DNA of 64,000 nucleotides from Pseudomonadota bacterium (GTDB taxonomy: Bacteria; Pseudomonadota; Alphaproteobacteria; UBA2136; UBA6156). A program made the position numbers and the translations under genes. The notes beneath the pieces are model-generated. The model had not been told where the DNA came from. It did no database searches and saw only the letters and a program-made list of their open reading frames with translations. Position 1 is the first letter of the stretch; each line of letters begins with the position of its first letter. The stretch is from NCBI GenBank assembly GCA_016125035.1, contig WGMN01000002.1:17790-81789 (forward strand), written 5' to 3'. Shown here one piece after another: positions 56,478 to 64,000 of the stretch.

Positions 56478-58922
56478 TCAGTAAATGCCGAAAGTCTTCA
56501 GCAGATTATCCAAGGCGCCACCCCCTTCGCTGTTGGTGCCGCCGCCAAAAAAGCTGCCGTTCTCGTCGTTGCTGTAGGCGGGCGTCACCTGGCTCGGCGC
56601 GGTTCCGGGTATAAACGCCTCAGTAATGGTGCGCTTGGTGGTCGGCCCGGGCAGCAGGCCGCTGTCAGCATCAATGCGCACAAAGTCTATGCCGTCGGGC
56701 ACGGCAAAGCCCTCCACCGGCTGGTCCTTGGTGGCGGCGGTAATAAAGTCCTTCCAAATCGGCAACGCCGCGCGGGCGCCGGTCTCGCCGTGGCCCAGGC
56801 TCTTGGGCGTGTCATAGCCCACCCATACCCCCAGCGCGATACTCGGCGTATAGCCGGTAAACCACGCATCCACAAAGTCATTGGTGGTGCCGGTCTTGCC
56901 GCCCATCGGCCGGCCCAGGGCGTTCAGCGCATAACCTGTCCCGCGCTGCACCACACCTTGCATCAGGCTCACCATCTGGTAGGCCACCTGCGGGCTCATT
57001 GCGCTGCTGGCGGGCACTTTCGGCGCCGGCGGCGGCACACTTTCCTTGGCCCCCAATTGGGCCAGACATTCCTCGCAAGCCGGATGAGCACGGTAAAGCG
57101 TCACCCCCTGCGCATCCTGCACACGGCGCAAATAAGTCGGGCGCACATACTCACCACCACGGGGGAAGGTGCTGTACGCCGCCACCATATCAATCAAGCT
57201 CTCATCCACACTGCCCAACGCCACCGAGAGGTCGGTCACCGGCACATTGGTGATGCCAAGCCGCCGGCATAAATCCGAGACATTGCGCATGCCCACATCC
57301 TGCGCCAAACGCACGGTCAGCAGGTTGCGGCTTTTTTCCAGCCCCACACGCATGGGGGTCAGGCCGCCAATGCTCTCATCATAGTTCTGCGGCTTCCATT
57401 CCTTGTCTCCCATGCGGAACACCACCGGCGCATCCAGCACCGTGGTGGCCGGGGTGTAGCCATGCTCCAGCGCGGCGGCATAGATAAACGGCTTGAACGA
57501 ACTCCCCACCTGCCGATGCGCCTGAATCGCCCGGTTAAAGCCAACCCCTTCGCCCAAACCTCCCACCATCGCCAGCACTTCGCCACTTTGCACGTCCAGT
57601 GCCAGCAACGCCCCCTGCACGGCGGGTATCTGTTCCAGGCTGTACTGGTGCGTGCCGTCCTTGCCGTCACTGCCGGTGGGCTTGACCACCACCACGTCTC
57701 CCACCTTCACCAGGCTGCTCATGGCCTTGCGGCCGGTCCACTTGGCGGTGCTGGCGGCCACGGTGCCCTGGGCACCTCCGGCAAAGCCCACGCGCGCCAC
57801 ATCGGCACTCACCTTCAGCACCACGGCGGGCACGCCAATCTTTTCGCTGTGGGCGTAGGCATCCATCACCGGCTGCAACTGCTCTTCCCAGTTATCCAGG
57901 GTTTTAAAGTGCTCCATCGGCCCGCGCCAGCCATGACGGTGATCAAAAGCGCGCAACCCGTCATAAACCGCGTCTTCCGCCTCGCGCTGCAATTTCAAGT
58001 CCAGGGTGGTGTAAACATTCAGCCCGTCGTTATAAAGCGCATCTTCACCGTACTGGTCGGCAATCATGCGGCGGATAAACTCGGCAAAGTGCGGTGCATC
58101 CTCCCCTTGCTTCAAGGTGCTCACACGCAGGCCAAGCGGGGTCGCCTGGGCGGTCTTGGCCTGATCAGCGGTAATATACCCTTCGTCGCGCATGCGCCCG
58201 ATCACAATATTGCGCCGCGCGGTGGCGCTTTTGGGGTTTTTCACCGGGTTGTAGCGGGTGGGGGCCTGGGGCATGCCGGCGATCATCGCCAGCTCCTGCG
58301 TATTCAGTTCGGCCAAACTCTTGCTGAAGTATGTCTCTGCTGCGGCGGCCACGCCATAAGCGCCGTTGCCCAGGTAAATGCGGTTCAGGTAAAGCTCTAA
58401 TATCTCGTTCTTGGTAAAGGCATGCTCAATCCGCCATGATAGGATCAGCTCTTTAATCTTGCGCGTATAAGTGCGCTCATTGCTCAGCAGATAAGTCTTG
58501 GCCACCTGCTGGGTGATGGTGCTGGCGCCCTGGGTGCGGTGGGTCAGCGCATTCACCAGCGTGGCCCTTATAATGGCTTTCAGGTCGTAGCCGCCATGCT
58601 CATAAAAATGGCTGTCTTCTGCCGAGAGGAAGGCCTGCACCACCGGCTTGGGTATTTCATTGATCGGCACCCACACGCGGCGCTCGTTGGCATATTCGGC
58701 AATGATCGCGCCGTTGCGGTCATAAATCTTGGTGATCAGCGCGGGCTTGTATTCGCTGATCATGCGGAAGTCCGGCAACTGGGTGTTGAAGTACATGATC
58801 ACCGCGCCAAACAGCACCGAGCCGAACAACATCCCCAGCGCCACCAGCCAGGCCAGCCACACCAGCCAGCGGCCGCGGTTCTTGCCGGCGCTGCGCGTAC
58901 TACCCTGCCTGTTCATAACCAT
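56478..58922 (-). CDS. mrcA: penicillin-binding protein 1A (bifunctional transglycosylase/transpeptidase)
   Basis: The 814 aa product has GT51 motifs (EDSHFYEHGG) and a transpeptidase SxxK motif. Confidence 0.93.
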   Translation of the reverse strand: MVMNRQGSTRSAGKNRGRWLVWLAWLVALGMLFGSVLFGAVIMYFNTQLPDFRMISEYKPALITKIYDRNGAIIAEYANERRVWVPINEIPKPVVQAFLSAEDSHFYEHGGYDLKAIIRATLVNALTHRTQGASTITQQVAKTYLLSNERTYTRKIKELILSWRIEHAFTKNEILELYLNRIYLGNGAYGVAAAAETYFSKSLAELNTQELAMIAGMPQAPTRYNPVKNPKSATARRNIVIGRMRDEGYITADQAKTAQATPLGLRVSTLKQGEDAPHFAEFIRRMIADQYGEDALYNDGLNVYTTLDLKLQREAEDAVYDGLRAFDHRHGWRGPMEHFKTLDNWEEQLQPVMDAYAHSEKIGVPAVVLKVSADVARVGFAGGAQGTVAASTAKWTGRKAMSSLVKVGDVVVVKPTGSDGKDGTHQYSLEQIPAVQGALLALDVQSGEVLAMVGGLGEGVGFNRAIQAHRQVGSSFKPFIYAAALEHGYTPATTVLDAPVVFRMGDKEWKPQNYDESIGGLTPMRVGLEKSRNLLTVRLAQDVGMRNVSDLCRRLGITNVPVTDLSVALGSVDESLIDMVAAYSTFPRGGEYVRPTYLRRVQDAQGVTLYRAHPACEECLAQLGAKESVPPPAPKVPASSAMSPQVAYQMVSLMQGVVQRGTGYALNALGRPMGGKTGTTNDFVDAWFTGYTPSIALGVWVGYDTPKSLGHGETGARAALPIWKDFITAATKDQPVEGFAVPDGIDFVRIDADSGLLPGPTTKRTITEAFIPGTAPSQVTPAYSNDENGSFFGGGTNSEGGGALDNLLKTFGIY

Positions 58923-58928
58923 GCGGCG

Positions 58929-59297
58929 TTAGTTCCTTATCTTTACCAACAGGGTGGTCAGCATCTTCTGAACTTCCTCAAGAGTTGCCATCGTTTTGGC
59001 AAAATCCACCGCCGGGTAAAATTCGCCCGCCAGAATAAGCTGCGTTTCCAACTCGGCGGCCGAGCCATTGGCAACATCCAGAAAACGCGCGTAATCCGCC
59101 TTGCTTCCGCGTTTTTTGCCTTCGGCTATATTGGAAGGTATCGAAATTGCACACCTGCGCATCTGCCCGGTCAGGCCAAACTTCTCCTCCGGCGGCAAAA
59201 GGGCGCTGGCATGATAAACGGCCTTCACAACGTCCATCCCCTTCTGCCAAACCACAAGGTCCTTAAAGTTTTTTACCGGCGGCAAGCTCTCTCGCAT
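58929..59297 (-). CDS. four-helix-bundle protein (23S rRNA IVS-protein family)
   Basis: The internal start MRESLPPVKNFKDLVVWQKG has the TIGR02436-like pattern. The local sequence is visibly AT-richer than its surroundings. Confidence 0.55.
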   Translation of the reverse strand: MRESLPPVKNFKDLVVWQKGMDVVKAVYHASALLPPEEKFGLTGQMRRCAISIPSNIAEGKKRGSKADYARFLDVANGSAAELETQLILAGEFYPAVDFAKTMATLEEVQKMLTTLLVKIRN

Positions 59298-59302
59298 GGC
59301 GC

Positions 59303-59340
59303 CCACCCTACCACCTACCACCTACAACCTACAACCTCTC
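59303..59340. repeat. heptamer tandem array (ACCACCT/ACAACCT)x4-5 in leader of four-helix-bundle gene
   Basis: The sequence reads ccaccct accacct accacct acaacct acaacct. Confidence 0.8.
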
Positions 59341-60632
59341 TAATAGTGCACGTGCTGGTTCAGGTAGTCCTTAATCCCGCTGGCGATCGCCTCAGCCAAC
59401 TGGTTGCGGAACTTACTGCTGTCCAGCTGCCGCTCTTCCGTGCGGTTGGAAAGGTAGCCCATCTCCACCAGCACACTGGGCACATCCGGCGCCTTCAGCA
59501 CCCTAAAGCCGGCAAACAGCAGGTGCTTCTTGCGCACATCGGTCACCGTATCCACTTCATTGAGCAACCCCTGCCCCAGGTAGGCGCTGTTGTTCATGGT
59601 GTCGCGCTGCACTAAAGAGATAAGAATATTCCGCACCTCCAGATTTTCTTTCTCCAACCCTACACCTGCCAAAATATCCCCGGCGTTTTCACTGTCGGCC
59701 AACCGCGCGGCTTCACGGTCACTCGATTTCTCGCTCACCATATAAACCGTGGCCCCCTTCACACTGCGGTCGGTGGGATGAATATCCGCATGCAAACTCA
59801 CAAACACATCTGCGTTGTGTTCTTGCGCCACTTTGGGCCGGTCCGGCAGCGGAATGTACACATCGCTGTCACGTGTCAAAATCACCTGCACCCTGTCACT
59901 CTGCAATTTGTCGCGCACCAGCTTGGCCATGGTCAGCGTCAGGTTCTTTTCGCACAGGTGGATGGTCTTGCCGCACGCCCCCGGGTCCACGCCGCCGTGG
60001 CCGGGGTCTAGCACCACCACCATGTGGTCGCGCTTGGTCTTCACCACCTGGCGCGGCACCACCGGGGCGGTCTCATTGGCCTTTTGCGCCGGGGTCACGG
60101 CGGGCGCCTTGCCTTGTTCCACCACATCTGCGGGCGGGGGTATGTCGGTGGGCTTCTGGCCAGGCCCCACCGTCAGCACATCAATCACCAGGCGCGCCCC
60201 CTTCTCCGGCCCGGCGGGGATGGTGAACACATTCACCCGCCCGGGCTTGTCCAAATCCAGCACCATGCGCACCGTGCCGGGGCGGAAGCGCCCTGCGCGC
60301 ATGCCTTTAACCAGGCTTGTGGGCGGCAGGTCCAGCAGGTTGGGCGCGGTCACAAAATTTATGTCGCCAAAATCCACCACCACACGCGCCGGGTCGGGCA
60401 ACGTAAACCAGCGGTAATCAATATCCTTGCGCGTCATGTCGCCGGCAAACTCCAGCACAATGCGGGTGCGCCCGCCATCCTGGCCCACACGCATCTTTTC
60501 CACCAACCCGCTGCCGTGGCTCTCCGGCGCGGCGCTGTCCTGGGCGCGGCCGGTCACCGGCGGCACAAACAGGCCGCCCACCACGGCAACCATAAACACC
60601 AGCAGCAGCATCACAGCGATAAATTTCTTCAT
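59340..60632 (-). CDS. amiC: N-acetylmuramoyl-L-alanine amidase AmiC-type (AMIN + Amidase_3)
   Basis: It has a signal peptide, an AMIN domain, and a catalytic domain with VVLDPGHGG...SLHAD. Confidence 0.88.
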   Translation of the reverse strand: MKKFIAVMLLLVFMVAVVGGLFVPPVTGRAQDSAAPESHGSGLVEKMRVGQDGGRTRIVLEFAGDMTRKDIDYRWFTLPDPARVVVDFGDINFVTAPNLLDLPPTSLVKGMRAGRFRPGTVRMVLDLDKPGRVNVFTIPAGPEKGARLVIDVLTVGPGQKPTDIPPPADVVEQGKAPAVTPAQKANETAPVVPRQVVKTKRDHMVVVLDPGHGGVDPGACGKTIHLCEKNLTLTMAKLVRDKLQSDRVQVILTRDSDVYIPLPDRPKVAQEHNADVFVSLHADIHPTDRSVKGATVYMVSEKSSDREAARLADSENAGDILAGVGLEKENLEVRNILISLVQRDTMNNSAYLGQGLLNEVDTVTDVRKKHLLFAGFRVLKAPDVPSVLVEMGYLSNRTEERQLDSSKFRNQLAEAIASGIKDYLNQHVHY

Positions 60633-61459
60633 GCTGCGCCCTCATTGCCACCAGCAACCCTGCGGCGCAACCCCTCGGCCACCATATTCACCCCAACGGT
60701 GAGTCCTATCAGCACCACCGCCGGGTAAACCACCAGCAACGGCGCCACCAGCAACAGTCGCGTGCCGTCGCGCAACATGCCGCCCAGGCTCGGCAGCTCC
60801 GGCGGCAACCCCAATCCCAAAAAGCTCAACCCGGCTTCGGCCACCATGCTTCCGGCCACCACCAGCAACGCCTCCACCACCAAGGGCGCGGCGCAGTTGG
60901 GCAGCACGTGGCGCAACCAGGTTTTCCAGGTCGGCACACCGGCCAGCTGCGCGGCCTCCAAAAAAGCCAGCTGGCGCAACTTCTGCACCTGCACGCGGGT
61001 CAGGCGGCAAAAGCCCACCCAGCCCAGCACGCCCAACGCCAACATCACGGTGGCCATGCCGCCGCCCAGCAGTGCCGCCAGCGCCAGCGCCAGCAATAAG
61101 CCGGGGAAGCTCAGCACCACTTCCGTCACCTTCAAAATCACTTTGTCGGCCCAGCCGCCATACCATCCGGCCACCAGCCCCAGCGGCACGCCAATCGCCA
61201 CGGTAATCGCCAGCACCGCCAACCCCACCAGCAAACTCACCCGCACACCCCCGGCCAACCGCGCCAACACATCGCGCCCCAGATCATCCGCCCCCAACCA
61301 GTGCACTGCACTCGGCGCGGCCAGCACATCGGGCAACACCACGCGCACCGCATCTCCGCCACTCACCGCCACCGCCAGCCACAACCCGGCCACCACCAGC
61401 AGCAGCAACCCGGTCCCCCAAACCTCCATCCGTGTCACCAGCTGTCGTACTTTCTCCAT
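60629..61459 (-). CDS. ABC transporter permease (DppC/OppC family)
   Basis: The 276 aa product has 6 TM helices and an EAA-like loop (AAQLAGVPTWKTWLRHVLPN). Confidence 0.8.
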   Translation of the reverse strand: MEKVRQLVTRMEVWGTGLLLLVVAGLWLAVAVSGGDAVRVVLPDVLAAPSAVHWLGADDLGRDVLARLAGGVRVSLLVGLAVLAITVAIGVPLGLVAGWYGGWADKVILKVTEVVLSFPGLLLALALAALLGGGMATVMLALGVLGWVGFCRLTRVQVQKLRQLAFLEAAQLAGVPTWKTWLRHVLPNCAAPLVVEALLVVAGSMVAEAGLSFLGLGLPPELPSLGGMLRDGTRLLLVAPLLVVYPAVVLIGLTVGVNMVAEGLRRRVAGGNEGAA

Positions 61460-61480
61460 CTGATTTCTGATTTCTGTTTT

Positions 61481-62410
61481 CTAGTTTCCCACCCGCGGGT
61501 CAAGCCACGCGCTCAACATGTCGGCCAGCAGCAGGCTTACCATGTACACCAGGCTAATCAGCAGCAGGCAGCCCTGCATCATCGGGTAGTCACGCTGGTG
61601 CAAGCTCTCCACCAGCAGGTTGCCCAACCCCGGCCAGCCAAACACCGCCTCGGTCAGCACCGCCCCGGTCAGCACCATCCCCACCTGTAAAAAGAATAAC
61701 TGCACCACCGGCAACAGGGCATTGCGCAACGCGTGCCCCAGGCGCCGCCGCCGGCTGCCGCCTTTTGCCGCCACCAGGCGCACATAATCGGCACGCAATT
61801 CACCTCTCAAACTGGCGGTGATCATCCGCGCCAGCACCGCCCCCAACCCGGCCCCCAACGTAAGCGCCGGTAAAATCACGCTTTCCCAACCCTCATTGCC
61901 GCTCACCGGCACCCACCCCAAACCAATCGCCACCACCACAATCAGCAACGGGCCCAACACAAACGTCGGCGTGGCCATCACCACCAGCGTCGCCAAATTC
62001 ACCAACCTGCTCAACAGTTTGCTCTTACCCCACAAGGCCCGGCCCCAAATGCCGGCCACCCCCAGCAGCGCTCCGCTGCAAATTGCCACCACCATCGCCC
62101 ACAACGCCAACCACGCGGTGGCCGGCGCCCGCTCCAGCAACACTTGCAAAACCGGCCGCCCGCTCACCAGGCTCACGCCCCAATCTCCCACCGCCAAACC
62201 GCTGACATAATTCACAAACTGCTCACCCAGCGGCAAATTCAGCCCCAACGCCACGCGCAACGCCTCCCTGTCCGTGGGCGTCGCCCGGTCGCCCAAAAGC
62301 GCATCCACCGGGTCTCCCGGCACCATATGGATCAACATGAAGACCAACCCCACCACCAAAATCAGGGTCGGCAACATTCCTCCAACACGGTAAGCAAGCA
62401 CGCGCAGCAC
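61481..62410 (-). CDS. ABC transporter permease (DppB/OppB family)
   Basis: The 309 aa product has the N-terminal MLRVLAYRVGGMLPTLILV typical of DppB-type permeases. Confidence 0.8.
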   Translation of the reverse strand: MLRVLAYRVGGMLPTLILVVGLVFMLIHMVPGDPVDALLGDRATPTDREALRVALGLNLPLGEQFVNYVSGLAVGDWGVSLVSGRPVLQVLLERAPATAWLALWAMVVAICSGALLGVAGIWGRALWGKSKLLSRLVNLATLVVMATPTFVLGPLLIVVVAIGLGWVPVSGNEGWESVILPALTLGAGLGAVLARMITASLRGELRADYVRLVAAKGGSRRRRLGHALRNALLPVVQLFFLQVGMVLTGAVLTEAVFGWPGLGNLLVESLHQRDYPMMQGCLLLISLVYMVSLLLADMLSAWLDPRVGN

Positions 62411-62756
62411 CTGTGTATGCTATCTGCCCCTGCCCGTTCTTCAACCCCCAAAATTAACTTCTCCCTCAAATCCGCTTGCCCTTGTGGCGATAAAACCCTA
62501 TAGTTACGGCGTTGGAATGGTCCAACACGCAACAAGTTTTCGCCATTAAGCCAATAGCTTAAATTAAAAAATTAAAGCTATTCCTTAAGGCCCAGAGTAA
62601 CCAGGCGCGCCGCGCCGGCAGCAATTGTAAGTTCGTTAAAGTGTTTGTGATGCAAGGTTTATCAACAAGGTCAACCGCAGCCCGCGCGTAAGCTTACGCC
62701 GGGCCACACAACTCGCTGCCGTCCCGCGCCCTTTAAATAAAGGGAGCACTAACCCC

Positions 62757-64000
62757 ATGAAACGCATGCTCATCGATGCAGCCCACGCCGAAGAAACGCG
62801 CGTGGTCATCCTCGACGGCAACAAAATCGACGATTTTGAAGTCGAGACCCTCGGCAAACAACAACTTAAAGGCAACATTTATATCGGCCACGTCTCGCGG
62901 GTGGAACCCTCGCTGCAGGCGGCCTTCATCACCTACGGCGGCAACCGCAACGGCTTTTTGGCTTTTGGCGAAGTGCACCCCCAGTTCTTCGCGGTCAGCA
63001 AATCTGAAAAAGAGCAACTGCTCGAGGAAATGGCCGAGCAAGCCGCCCGCCGTCGCGGCGCCGACCACGACGAGGATGACCACCCCCACCCTCACCGCCC
63101 CATCCGCCCCACCGCCGCAACGGCCGATGATACTCCCCCCTCGGTGGTGCAGGCAGAAGCCGGCGCGGTCGAGGTCGACGCCATCACCCCATCCGGCAAT
63201 TTAACAGAAGACGAACGCCTGGATGCCGAGGCCGCGGCCAAAGCCGCCGCCATGGCCGAAGCCTCCGAGAAAAACGCCTATGCCGACCCCGACGCCGCCC
63301 CCCGCGCCCGCCGCGGCCGCGGCGGTGGCCGTGGCCCGCACCGCGATCGCGACGGCGGCAAACGCACCTCCGGCGGCGCCGAGGGCGCCACACGCCGCCG
63401 CCCCAAACGCATGGAATCACGCAACGGCCAGCCCCAACGGGCGGAAGGCCGCAGCGAGGGCGGCGGCCGCGAGCGCAACCTGCCCATCCACCGCCGCTAC
63501 CGCATCCAGGATGTGCTGAAGGAAGGCCAGAAGATCCTGGTGCAAGTGGTCAAGGAAGAACGCGGCTCCAAAGGCGCGGCCCTCACCACCTATTTCAGCC
63601 TGCCCGGCCGCTACACGGTGCTCATGCCCAATACCCCTTACGCCGGGGGCATCTCGCGCAAAATCACCGACGCTGAAGAGCGCCGCCAACTGCGCGACGC
63701 CTACGCCAAGCTTAAAGTGCCCGATACCATGGGCCTGATCATCCGCACCGCCGGCGTGGGGCAAGAGAGTTCGCACATCAAGCACGACTACGAAAATCTC
63801 ACCAACCTCTGGCAAAACATCACCACGCAGTTTGAAGAGAACGACGACATCCAATGCGTGCACGAAGACGGCTCGGTCATCGTCCGCGCCCTGCGCGACA
63901 TGATGAGCGACGACATCGAAGAGATCATCATCTCCGGCGCCCGCGCCTACAAAATGGCCAAGGATTTCGCCAAGACCATCACGCCGGAAGCCGTCAAGCT
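62757..64000 (+). CDS. rne: ribonuclease E (5' part; continues beyond window)
   Basis: Own translation from ATG 62757 gives MKRMLIDAAHAEETRVVILDGNKIDDFEVETLGKQQLKGNIYIGHVSRVEPSLQAAFITYGG (S1/RNase E catalytic N-terminus). An Arg/Ala/Pro-rich insert follows. It is absent from the ORF track because no stop lies in the window. Confidence 0.88.
   Translation, partial: MKRMLIDAAHAEETRVVILDGNKIDDFEVETLGKQQLKGNIYIGHVSRVEPSLQAAFITYGGNRNGFLAFGEVHPQFFAVSKSEKEQLLEEMAEQAARRRGADHDEDDHPHPHRPIRPTAATADDTPPSVVQAEAGAVEVDAITPSGNLTEDERLDAEAAAKAAAMAEASEKNAYADPDAAPRARRGRGGGRGPHRDRDGGKRTSGGAEGATRRRPKRMESRNGQPQRAEGRSEGGGRERNLPIHRRYRIQDVLKEGQKILVQVVKEERGSKGAALTTYFSLPGRYTVLMPNTPYAGGISRKITDAEERRQLRDAYAKLKVPDTMGLIIRTAGVGQESSHIKHDYENLTNLWQNITTQFEENDDIQCVHEDGSVIVRALRDMMSDDIEEIIISGARAYKMAKDFAKTITPEAVK

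Noticed and set aside
1-64000. Search for tRNA, tmRNA, rRNA, CRISPR arrays, IS elements and integrases.
   Set aside because: Nothing was found. There are no tRNA-like T-arm motifs (GGTTCGAATCC and variants) and no regularly spaced repeat-spacer arrays. No transposase or integrase-like ORF is present on either strand.

Overview
This window is a high-GC (roughly 60-65% by eye) alphaproteobacterial chromosomal segment. Almost every gene lies on the minus strand; the exceptions are uvrA, dsbD, the start of rne and one ORF inside a phage-like cluster. The alphaproteobacterial assignment rests on a PopZ/DUF2497-like gene next to valS and on the yajC-secD-secF, tatABC and lepB-rnc-era arrangements. 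The conserved backbone comprises era-rnc-lepB-rnfH-like-acpS, spoT, uvrA, sodB, yajC-secD-terC-secF, nlpD-pcm, serS, tatA-tatB-tatC, nagZ, argS, valS, popZ-like, pheA, a PAS-GGDEF cyclase, dsbD, an AsmA-like gene, prfB with its programmed +1 frameshift, mrcA, amiC, two ABC permeases and the start of rne. The main accessory feature is a compact ~15 kb phage-derived cluster at 31228-46357, inserted between popZ and ybjQ/pheA. It encodes a PGRP-type amidase, a 3TM holin, a collar-domain tail fibre, tail proteins, a major capsid, a scaffold, a podovirus-type portal, a large terminase and HTH regulators. No integrase, repressor or replication genes are present. Intrinsic terminators flank the capsid gene, and 7-bp tandem repeat arrays sit in several leaders. 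This looks like a GTA-like or domesticated podovirus head-packaging-lysis module rather than an intact prophage. Other points of interest are a palindromic ~70 bp in-frame insertion in uvrA, a 56-codon GTG-initiated tatB absent from the ORF track, an ORFan islet (ankyrin-repeat protein and others) between uvrA and sodB, recurrent heptamer microsatellites including one inside era, and a long AT-rich rne leader. No tRNA, rRNA, CRISPR, IS element or integrase was seen. Most long plus-strand ORFs in the track are GC-driven antisense shadows of real minus-strand genes.
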